A stretch of DNA of 64,000 nucleotides from Camelus ferus (Eukaryota): NCBI RefSeq assembly GCF_009834535.1, contig NC_045698.1:13084001-13148000 (forward strand). The letters are read 5' to 3'. The notes under the pieces are model-generated. The model was not told where the DNA came from and made no database searches. It worked only from the letters and a program-made list of their open reading frames with translations. The translations under genes were made by a program, and so were the position numbers. Of the stretch, positions 52,030 to 62,373 are shown piece by piece (positions within the stretch are counted from its first letter, which is position 1; each line of letters starts with the position of its first letter).

Positions 52030-52150
52030 CTGTGATGTGTCACCTGGACTAAAGAGGACTTTGAGTCAACCCCAAAGAAACGGTTGTTGGGTTAAGCCAC
52101 TGAGATCTGGAGAGTATTTTGTTATAATAGAGCCTGTTATGACTAGTACA
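52030..52150 (+). mobile_element. MLT1 LTR 3' end fragment
   Basis: GGTTGTTGGGTTAAGCCACTGAGAT...TGTTAT...TGACTAGTACA. Confidence 0.65.
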
Positions 52151-52224
52151 AGAGACTGCAAAAGTCATATATTACAAGAGACTGCAAAATTCATATATTA
52201 CAAGAGACTGCAAAAGTCATATAT
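52147..52224. repeat. 26-bp tandem repeat, three copies
   Basis: TACAAGAGACTGCAAAA(G/T)TCATATAT three times, with one mismatch in the middle copy. Confidence 0.95.
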
Positions 52225-53015
52225 TTGTGCCTGTCACTTATTTTCTTACCCAGTTACACACTGTGACACTACCTGGCATTTAGATAAAATGATTCTGTTC
52301 TCCTCTCCCACCCAGAATTTAGCACACAGTCTGATTTATTAGGGCCTTCCTCCTCAGTAGCTGTGTGATTTGCTCATTAACACAAGTGTCAATTAGTAAC
52401 CTCAGAAAAGAAAGGAAGACAGGCTTTGAAAGAATCGAGGCGCACACACAAAAGGCCCAGACAGGAAAGAATGACCGTAAGAAAAAAGAGGCTGAAGCCA
52501 CAGGCTGCCCGTGTGTTCCCGCACCTCCTGCCAGTGTGAGGGATGTCGCTTCCCCTGAGATCCCACAGCGTTTCCCATCCCAGGGCCCGAGATGAGCAGC
52601 CTTGGTCCTGGGGTTGCTCTCGTTTCTTCTGTTTCTCCTTTCATCGGTCTTGGTAGCTTCCAAAAGAGCTTTTCCTCGTCAGCAAGGGTAGGAGGCTGGT
52701 CTGGGTTTTGTGGACATTCCCAGAAATGCGAGACCTAACTTGGCTGGAACTCTGAATGTAAAACAGCAGTAACCAGCTCTTGTGTTTAACATGCTATTAC
52801 ATCTTGGCACACCACGAGGGCTGACAGGTTTGGTAGAGCATAGACCTAGAGAGGCGCTGCTTAGGAAGGGCACTAAACTGAGCAACTTACTATCCTGAGT
52901 GAAGAGGTTTCCTCTCCAGTGAACTTGGAGCATCATGCACATTGCTGACAAAAAACCCATGACTCCTGTGTTGCACAACTCCATGGGGTTCCTGTTAGCC
53001 TGGGCTCGATATTCG

Positions 53016-53034
53016 TGGCACCCCCTGGTGCTCA
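53016..53034 (-). promoter_or_regulatory. Candidate CTCF site
   Basis: Minus strand TGAGCACCAGGGGGTGCCA. Confidence 0.55.
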
Positions 53035-53325
53035 ACACACATCAGATCACATTGTGATGGTGCCCCATGGAATTGTGCCATGTGGTGGCTCTAAAGGTCA
53101 GGCACAGAGAAGATGGTGATATTGACGCATGCTAGTTTCTTCATGTTTCCATAGGCTTCTATTTGAGGGGACAAATACCTATTAATATTTTATCATTTGG
53201 AGGAAGCAGGATTCTAACTATGATATATTTGATACATTTTAAGCAATCAAAAAGTTGGCTTAATTTTTCTGCTTTTAAGTGTCAATGTGTAATACTTTGT
53301 ATTATTGTATTCTGAAATCTTGTCC

Positions 53326-53822
53326 TTTTTTTAAACTTTTTTTTGAAGTTTAGTTGATTTACAATGTTAGTTTCAGGTGTACAGCAAAGTGATTCAGTTA
53401 GACATATTGATACATATCTATTTTTTTCTTTTCAGATTCTTGTCCATTATATGTTATTATAAGAAATTGAATATAATTCCCTGTGACATACAGTAGATCC
53501 TTGTTGTTTACCTGCTTTATATGTAGTAATGTGTGTTTGTTAATCCCCAACCCCTAATTTATCCCTCCCCACCCTTTCCCCTTTAGTAACCATAATTTGT
53601 TTTCTGTATCTGTGAGTCTGATTTTGGTTTGTAAATATAGTTTGTATCATCTTTTTAGATTCCACTAATAAGTGATATCACATGATATTTGTCTTTCTCT
53701 GTCTGACTTATTTCATTCAATATGATAATCACTAAGTCTATCCATGTTGCTGCAAACGGCATTATTTCATTCTTTTTTATGACTGAGTAATAGTCCATTG
53801 TGTATATACGGACGTTTAGGTT
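53326..53822 (-). mobile_element. Cetartiodactyl L1 3' fragment
   Basis: TTGAAGTTTAGTTGATTTACAATGTT...TAGATTCCAC..ATAAGTGATATC...CATGTTGCTGCAAACGGCATT; direct repeat TGAAATCTT on both sides. Confidence 0.9.
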
Positions 53823-53844
53823 GAAATCTTTTTGAAGTTAATTA

Positions 53845-54045
53845 TAATGATAGCTAATACGTAGATACAGCAGGTGCTATCTTGAGATATTTATGTATAA
53901 TAATTCAAAAGTTATGTACTGTTATTATTTCTGCTTCATAGATTGAGAAAGTGAGGCCCAGAGAGATTTATCACCTTTTCCAGAATCTCAGAGCCCCTGA
54001 GTGTTTGTGTTGCCATTTGGATGTATGCAGTCTGTCTCCAGACCC
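53845..54045 (-). mobile_element. MIR SINE
   Basis: ATAGATTGAGAAAGTGAGGCCCAGAGAG core; CAGTCTGTCTCCAGA. Confidence 0.75.
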
Positions 54046-55129
54046 TCCCTAGGTATAGTTTATCCTGCATCTGCTATATTTATCTTGCTAACTCAATTCC
54101 TCTTCACAATCCTTCTGCCTGAGTTTGTGTTGAAAATCTAGCTCTAAGGAATCAAGCCACTTGGGGTCTCTCTGAAATAGTTAATCAACTGGTTGTTCTG
54201 GCCACGCTAACATGAGTTCATAACCCATTATTATGACTAAGAAATGCCTTATGAGGTAACACTTGGTCATCAAAAATTTTAAAGCACATGAAAAGGAACA
54301 TATTTTCAGGTTCTCGCATTTATTTTTATGTTTCTCTAATGGCTTAGTTTTATAAAAAAGAATGTTCTTACTCTCTTTGTAGTATCTGCCTTTAAAATCT
54401 AGTCTCATTGTATGATGGTATATTTGAACTTTTAGTAGATAGTGGAATATGTTTACTTATAGAGTTTGCTTTTATGCCTTTTAGGAGCGCTTTTGTAAAG
54501 AAAACAAATACAGTGTGGAAGGAATCACTCCAGAGAAGATAGCCAGCAAGTGTGCCCAGTGGGCTCTCCTACCAGAACCCAGGAGGAGTCAGACCCATCT
54601 GCATCTCTCAGACTTGGCAGGCTTGGGATGTGCTCTGGTTTGGTCAAAGGAGGCCTGAGGGGGAGATCGATGACAGGCATGAATTCAACGCACCACCCAG
54701 TCTCTTGAGCGCAAGTGGAGACATTTAGAAGAAAGAAGTCATGGCCAGAGAATTTCCTAAGAAATTTCCAAGTCTCTGGGCATAAAACTTTGGCTTTGTG
54801 TCTAGATCACCGACAGCTTCATTACATTAAGGCAGCGACCACTCATGCCAACAGAGCTTAGCTTTAGATCTGTTGTGGAACCTCGAGCATGAGATGCTTC
54901 CAGGAATACCTGGAAAGAACACCCTTGGGTTCTACACTGAGGTTCACACTCCAATGACACAATGAATGGCATTCCAGAGAGGGCCTTCCAGGACATTCGG
55001 CCTTAACCAGGAGGAATCCAGAACAGGAGAGGCAGATGTTATGGATGTTTGTGGGCTGGTTTGTTAAAGCAAGTGAGACAGGTTTTTGAGAGATTCCCAG
55101 ACACTAACTTGAGGACTGGTGGGGCACAG

Positions 55130-55560
55130 ACTACTATGGCTAACCCAACATGAAATCTCAATTTCCTCTCTAGTCACAGAGCTCTGATTTGGGGAGTCAC
55201 TTTGCCATTTAGAAGAAAAGATTCTACTTCTCATCATCCTTGGAGCTCAGTGCAGCCATGCCCCTAAATTTTGGACAGTGGAATCTAAGCAGATGTATTT
55301 TGTGAGACTTCTAGAAACACTCATTTATTTAAGGGGGGAGATTTTTGAAATTTCTTTCTTGGCCTGGAAGATGAATTTGATGGCAGGAACTTAAGCAGTG
55401 ATGTTTGAAGCATGAGGTAACCTTGGAATAGAAGTCAAACTCTGATTGTGAGCTGAAACTGAAGCTCCAGAGTCTTTTATGAATACAGTATATTTGGTCT
55501 ATCTTTCTTGGACTGCCTAACTCTGAGCTGCTTTTAAATAAGTAAATGGTCATAATCATT
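55130..55560 (+). mobile_element. MLT1-type MaLR LTR
   Basis: CTACTTCTCATCATCCTTGGAGCT..GCAGCCATG...GATGGCAGGAAC...CTTGGACTGCCTAACTCTG. Confidence 0.55.
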
Positions 55561-55889
55561 ACCGATAATTCAGTGTAAGGAGGATGCTGGGATTCCTGGT
55601 ACAGCAGTGGGAAAACAAAGACTCCATCAGTTAATAAAATGTCTTGTTTATCCATAGTCTAACCAAGCATAATAGTGTTTTGACTATGAGTTTAATCACA
55701 AAACTAGCTTGGAGGGAAGAGTTATCATTTTAACAATTACTGAGAACCGTATATTAGCAATGTCCTGTGCAGACATGGTAGGTTTAATTGAAGAAATGAA
55801 TAAAACTTGGTGCCTGTTCCCAGGATCATATTCCTGTGCTGAAGAAAGACATGCATTTTATAAGTCACATAAATCAATTCTTAAAAATT

Positions 55890-56212
55890 GATTTTATTTT
55901 TTTAGAGCAGTTTTAGGCTTACAGCAAATTGAGAGGAAGGTACAGAGATTTTCCACAAACCCCTGCCCCCACACGTGCATAGCTCCCCCATTATGAACAC
56001 CCCCACACCAGAGTGGTGCATTTGTTACAGCTGAAGAACCCACACTGCTACATCACAGTCACCCAGACTCCATGGTCTACATGGTTTTCGTTAATGTTCA
56101 TTCCTGCCATTGTACGTTCTATGGGTTTGTGGATGTACCATGTACATGTATCCACCATTATAGTATCATATAGAGTAGTTTCACTGCCCTAAAATCCTCT
56201 GTGCTCCACCTT
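55890..56212 (-). mobile_element. L1MB/MC-type 3' end (same family as 50200-50571)
   Basis: TTTAGAGCAGTTTTAGGCTTACAGCAAATTGAGAGGAAGGTACAGAG...TTCACTGCCCTAAAATCCTCTGTGCTCCACCT. Confidence 0.85.
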
Positions 56213-56629
56213 TTGAAATAATTTAAAAAGTGTTATCAGTGCACAAAGAAGTTATTATGTGATGGTTGGAGAGCTCAAGTGCTGAGACATGCTGGTATCT
56301 CATTTATATAAATGTGGTGTGTGATGTGTCCTTGGCTTGTCTTCCTGACAATATCAAGATATTAGTGTCTCTGTAAGTCTCTGGTTGGACACAAGCCAGG
56401 CCTCTTTAAAAATTCATGAAACAGACTGTAATACATTCCTCCGCCTAACTCCAGGATATTGTTGGTTATTAGGCAGTCAGCTGATTGATATAATATCTTT
56501 GCATTTACTTTCCAGGCAGAGTACAATGCCTTTTCCAAAAACCAAGTGCGATGATCACTAAGCTGATATTGGTAATAATTTGATTTGTACAAATTGGAAG
56601 AGGTGTGATCAGGCTGCAAGAATGATTGT

Positions 56630-56920
56630 GTCGTTCTCAGAAAAAATTCCAAGCAGATTAGTCAACAAATTGTTTTGAGGTATTGGAAACCTTACAAAGA
56701 GAAGGAGTGATCACTAGAAACTAACATAAGTTCACTAAGGATAAGATTTACCCAAATCAATTTATATCCTGTTAGATAAGGTGAAGGATTAAGAGGATCG
56801 TACTTGCCATTTGTGGCTGGACGTTGTCAAAATTTCTCTCTATTCAGTAGGGAACACTGGAGAAATTTAAGCTAGACAGTGAGCGCAGTCAGAAGGACTT
56901 CCATCTGAAGAAATGACTCC
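56630..56920 (+). mobile_element. L3/CR1 RT-region remnant
   Basis: GTGATCACTAGAAACTAACATAAGTTCACTAAGGATAAG resembles the L3 segment encoding Q(H)GF.K.KSC. Confidence 0.55.
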
Positions 56921-57235
56921 TGATTTCTTAAAGCCTCGTTTCTTTCTGTCTTAGTTCTCAGTTTTCATTTAGGTGTGTGCACAGGTGAGAGATAAACAGA
57001 TTGTAGACAGTAAAGTACAGGAAGGTGAAATGGGAGTACAAATAGGAACATTTTGAAAGGTAAGGATGGAACTAGGTAGCAGCTTACAAGAGTAGTTCTG
57101 AATACAGCAATACTTAGTGGAACATTTTCATGTTATTTATGTACAATTAAATTTGACCAGAGGACTTAAAAGACAATGATATCAAGTAATAAAAATCATT
57201 GAAAATTTTGGCTGTATAATTTTTATGTATCTGTA

Positions 57236-57378
57236 TTTTTTTTTATTTGTGAGATTCTTTTCTTGGTATATTTATATATATTTTTTATTGAAGTATAGCC
57301 AGTTTACAATGTTGTGTCAATTTTTGGTATTCAGCATAATGCTTCAGTTATACGTGAACAGACATACATTCATTTTTG
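57236..57378 (-). mobile_element. Young L1 3' terminus
   Basis: TTATTGAAGTATAGCCAGTTTACAATGTTGTGTCAATTT; near-TSD TATGTATCT(G/A)TA. Confidence 0.8.
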
Positions 57379-57732
57379 TATGTATCTATAGTTCCATAAG
57401 GTTTTTTTTTTTTGAGATGAAATTTGAGTCACCCGTGGCATTTATAAAGTGTCACTCATCCTCAATCCCAAGTAACCTCTATAATATCGAATTGCAAGAG
57501 ACGTGATTAGTCATGTGTGGCTCTGGTTTCTGGATAATAGCATATATTCCTAGGTACTCGAGATAAAACTTCATAATTTACAGAAATAAACACACTTTTG
57601 ACTGATGTTTGGATTCAAAAGCAGACACTTTTCTAATTAAGGATAAAGGTTTTTAAAACGAATCTCAGAAAGCTTTTCTTAGTTGAAATTTATTATCGTC
57701 TATCCATATCTTTCATTAAGATGTTTATTGTA

Positions 57733-57783
57733 ACTTACACAATGTTATATGTCAATTATGTCTCAGTAAAGCTGGGAGGAAAG
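57733..57783 (+). mobile_element. About 50-bp L1 3' terminus with 13-bp TSD
   Basis: ACTTACACAATGTTATATGTCAATTATGTCTCAGTAAAGCTGG flanked by GATGTTTATTGTA (57720-57732, 57784-57796). Confidence 0.8.
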
Positions 57784-60267
57784 GATGTTTATTGTACTTT
57801 TTAAACTTGTCAGACTCATTGCATGTGATTTTTATTGTAGGTTTCTGTTGGTCCTCCAGCTACGTATTTCCTTGACTCTGCCATCAAAATAACGAAGTAT
57901 TAAAATTGGCTCTTTGTCACAATTTTGTTTCCTTATCTTGTCCTTATGGATAGATCAAACTTTTACGTCTAGTTCAAATAATTTTTTTTTTCTTTTCTCT
58001 TGGGGATTAAGCTATTTTCTTTAGTTTGTGTTTTATTTGAAAAGTTTGCCTTTTCTTTCCTTGGGTATTCGAAGAAAAAATTTTCAAGTGATTCATGTGA
58101 AAATATATTTTGGGGCTAATTTATGTGTGTTCTTTTCCAAATCTTTTTGCTCTCCATTCTCCTCCATAGAAATAAGCTCTTACAAGGCAAGGCTTTAGTA
58201 ATTTTTTCCCAGTATACAGAGATTATTCTTTATCCCATAGCACTTTGTATGTTATGTATTATTCCTTATGTTTATGACTTATTAAGTTAATTAAATGATG
58301 AGGAAAATGAAAGAAGGGAAATTTTAAGAAAGTGGCTTTGCACAAAAAATTGATTAATTTCACTGTACAATTAGCCAGTTATTTTACGATTAACATAGCA
58401 TTAGATGATTATACGCAAGAATCTCTTAAAAAGCCCATAACTTTGTGAGGTTTAATGAGTTTTATTAGTGACAGGGTTGAAATCAGTTGTAATATAGAAC
58501 TGTAACATATCACTAATGAAATCTAAGAAATAGGTACTAAAATCAGTTGTTCAGCAAGAATCAGCGTGTAAATCACAGAAGTGCAAAGTTGTTTTCCTGT
58601 TATACAACACAGATTTTTTTTCAAGTATCTCTTTTTTAAATTTTTTCTTCCTTAAATAATTATTCAGATTTCACTTTACTTTGAAAGTGAGTGTGTGTGA
58701 GGAGAAATAGATTTTAACTCAATTAGGGAAAATTCTTAATGACATTATATATTCTGGTGGGTAAGTTGATAGATTTAAAGTCTATAATAAATTTACTTAA
58801 AACCTGACTTGAGTAAATGTACCTCTCTGTAATTCCTAAGCAAATATTAAATAAATTTTTAGCGAAGCCACAAAAACCTGTTTGAATTTTTGCCCAATCT
58901 TACATTTTTTTCTCATTTTGGTTAACGTTTACCAAGATAAATCTTGTATTTCTTACAGAACGGCAGACCACCAGTGGACATGAGGTTCTTTCTGCAATAA
59001 GACAGTTGGATGTTGTAACTTCCCTCTGCACCCCTGCCTGTCCTGGCCAGGACCTGTTCACACAGACATGGGGTGTGTTCACTACTCAGTTGATTCCAAA
59101 AATAACACATAGAGTCTGTGTATGAGGTGCAAGGCTTTGCTTTTTCTAAAAGGCCTGCATTTCCATGGAAACCAGACAGGCAGAAAAGAAAAGATAAGTG
59201 CATGGAATCATTCAGTGCTTGGAAACAAAGCTGAATGCAGACCAGCTGCCTCATCTGAATTCAGCCTGTGAAAACCAGGGACCACCCTGACCCCAGGCTG
59301 CTGAGGAAAGTTGACCCCCGCTGGCTTCAGTCCATCAGAAACACATCTCTTCCTTGAACTGGAGTTGTTTCAAAGGTTAGAAAGGCAGGATTTGAAGTTC
59401 AAGTGCCCAGATTATTTTTACTTTCTGCCACTCCTTGCCAGTTCACATTTCCATTCTGTAAAATACAAAATCTTAAAAAAAAAAAAAAAAAAAAAAAGAG
59501 AGAAAAACTTCTGAATTGCTTATCATTTCAAATGAATGTTCAAGGTTATTTAAAGCTTAATGAGCAATGCTTTGAAATCTTTAGGAAATATTATATTAAA
59601 TGAAAGATCTTTGCTCACAATAGCTTAATCAAGCAATGGACATTTGTCAAATGTCTATATGAGACTTGTTATTGGCAAGCAGAAGGATCTTCTAGTCAGA
59701 AACCACACAACTGTAGATCCAGGGGAAGAAGACTGTGTCTGTCTCTACCCTGAGAGCTTCCTAGAGGAGTATGACATTTTGATTTAACTGAAATGAAAAA
59801 ATGATACTAAAACTAAATGTATATTGTGGAACATAAGTTGCTTCTATTTGTTTCTGAAAACCACCCAGAAAAAAGTCTACTAGGATGTACTAAATAATCA
59901 TGATTGTACTAAATAGTACCATGATTGTAACTAAATAACTAAATAACCTATTCCCCTGTCCGTCTGACCCCCACATCCTAGCATGTTGGTCACTTCATCC
60001 AGATATTAAGAGGAATACTGTCTGTTCGGGATGTGTACTCTGAGACATAGAAATTCCAGAGAGGAGAACACAGATGTGGGTCAGGGCCATTCAGTTTAAG
60101 TTTCTTTCTTTAACCATTTCTGATGCTAGAGTTGAAGAATTACTGATCCTCTGTTAAATGTATTACTCGTGTGCAAGCAAGTGTGAACCATTCTTTTTTG
60201 ATGTGGGACAAGGTATGGCCATATCAGAGATATTGTGCCACCACAGAATTTAGGCATTATCACCATA

Positions 60268-60515
60268 TGAAATTAATTAAACAAGAAGGCCACTGGACTG
60301 AGATTCAGCTGATCACAAACGGCTGAAGAGGCTTTAAGCTACAGCCAATCACATCACTTGCTGTCTTCACTTCCGCATCTTCCCTGTCATCTTTCCCCAG
60401 CTCCTCACAGTGGAGCCCTGATAACCACTTCCCGCTTAGTGCTGCCTGATTTGAATCCCTTTTTGCTCAAAGAAACTCTTAACATTTTAAATATGCTTCA
60501 GCGTGTCATTTAGTA
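60268..60515 (+). mobile_element. ERV1 LTR fragment
   Basis: ACAGCCAATCA (CCAAT box), GTGCTGCCTGATT...TTTGCTCAAAGAAACTCTTAA typical of a MER4-group LTR 3' half. Confidence 0.55.
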
Positions 60516-61265
60516 CCGGCAAGGAAAATGATATAAAGGACACTCACTCCCAAAAAGAAGTCAGAGAAGACACATGTGGCCCAAGAACAGTGGGTAACTG
60601 GGGAGACCACTGTACGTGCCATGCAGTGTGAACTGTCCTCCAGTTTTCCTGGGCTTGCAGAAGAGTCTGACACACAGGAGGACATCATAAACAATGAAAA
60701 ATACAAAAGAGCAAACTCAATTAAAGCTTAAAAAGTGGAGATGAGTCCTGAGAAGAGAAGGTAGCATAAGGTGAAGTGGAGAGTATTTTATTCACTTCGT
60801 CCTCGTGATTTTGTAGTGAGTTAGCGAGTAGAACCAAAGAGAAGCCTCGTATGTGACGTTTCAGATACCATGACTGCAATGAAAAAAAAATCATGTCAGT
60901 ATTGCACAGGGAGAGGGCAGAATGCAGATGCTTCTAAAGAGCACCTAGAAGACATTCTAGCAGTCACAAATAATTAGAAAGTAAAGATTTGGACCTGAGG
61001 TCTCTGAAGTCCTCTGGGGGCGGAGGTAGCATTTTGTTATTTTCACCCTTGTGGTGAGATGACGTTAGGAAGTGTTTGCTGCTATTTCCTCAACCTCTGA
61101 GAATCTTGAACACTGTTACAATGCAGCTAGAGAACAAAGACATAATATCATTGGATTTTAAGCTTTATAAAGTTTAACCCGTTCATAAAACAGATCCAGA
61201 AAGACTATCTGTGAGGCAAAGCCACTCGCCTTCTCTTCTGTGGCGCTCTGGCCCCCTCACCCCTA

Positions 61266-61321
61266 ACACACACACACACGCGCACACACACACAGCGCGC
61301 ACACACACTCACACACACACG
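61266..61321. repeat. Interrupted (CA)n/(CG)n repeat
   Basis: Direct reading; alternating purine-pyrimidine. Confidence 0.9.
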
Positions 61322-61844
61322 AAGAAGAAATCAAAACAAAACAAAAATCAGGAGACTGAAGGGATAAGTGGCTCTTTGAAGGGGATGTCTGTACTTGGGT
61401 TCCCTCCTGGTCTTAACTCTAAAGAATAGGGATACTGGGATCGTGCACAGTTTGGAGATCTGAGATTGTAGGAGGTCTGGGTTCTACTTCCCATCTTGTC
61501 CTGGGAGGCAGTTCCCATAGAAAAGTCCTTGTTTACTGTAGTGTGGGAGAGGAGCAGGGCCAGAGGCACCCGGGGGTGCCTGGTGAGAGGGGGTAGCATT
61601 TATTAGATCCTTAGATGCATCAATAGAGCGCCTGTAAGCACACACACGCGCAAATGTGACACTGAGAGACCTTGAAGGACTCTTGTCATCTTCCCAGTGG
61701 GCATCTGTAGTTCAAAGATAACGGCGCTGGAGATGGAGTGGGTTGGGGTGAGCGCAGAGCCTCTGGGATGCCAGCAGAGAAGTATACACCCACACCCAAG
61801 GATCGGTAAGGCTTTGAGCCTGGGAACAGAGAGAGGCAGTACGT

Positions 61845-62035
61845 TTAGTGACTGAGGCCAGTGTTGGAAGCCAGACCCCTGACGCGGGCTGTAGGATGGT
61901 AGGCAGGTAATTTGATCGTTTGTGCCTCAGGTCCCTGAGATATAAAATCTAGGGAGAATTAAATAAACTAATACATAAATAAAGCATGTAGAACAGTTTC
62001 TGGTATAGAGAGTAGAGGCTTTAGAAATTATAACT
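61845..62035 (+). mobile_element. MIR SINE
   Basis: GGCAGGTAATTT..TGTGCCTCAG...AATTAAATAAACTAATACAT..AAAGCATGTAGAACAGT. Confidence 0.7.
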
Positions 62036-62037
62036 AA

Positions 62038-62373
62038 TGTGAAAAATCAATAAACAGAAACCTCAATTAAATAGAGCTGAGGGACCGGCAGGGGGAGCTC
62101 TCACACCCTGAGATGATACCAGAGCCCAACGGGAGGAAGACTTTTCTCGTTCAGAAAGGACTCAGCCAATGAAAAGCCAAGGACTGTCGGTTTACTGTAG
62201 TCCCACCAATTTCCTTTTCACCCCTCTAAAAAATGTTCTCCTTCCATTGCCCGGAGGGAAATTACACATGGCTCACCAGGGTTGCAGGCCTTGAATTGCA
62301 ATTCTTGTCTGATCCCCAATAAATCCATCTTTGCTGGAGAAATACCTGGCAGTCTGTTTGTTTCAGGTCAACA
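62038..62373 (+). mobile_element. ERV1 solo LTR
   Basis: TGTGAA...TCAACA termini, CAGCCAATG, AATAAA; near-TSD CTAA/CAAA. Confidence 0.75.
62082..62100 (+). promoter_or_regulatory. Candidate CTCF site inside LTR
   Basis: GGACCGGCAGGGGGAGCTC; two mismatches to CCAGCAGGGGGCGC. Confidence 0.45.

Noticed and set aside
52147..52224. CRISPR-like direct repeats
   Set aside because: The repeats abut with no spacers, there are no cas genes, and the context is mammalian.
52319..53038. Overlapping 76-119 aa ORFs
   Set aside because: Explained by locally higher GC; no protein-like signature.
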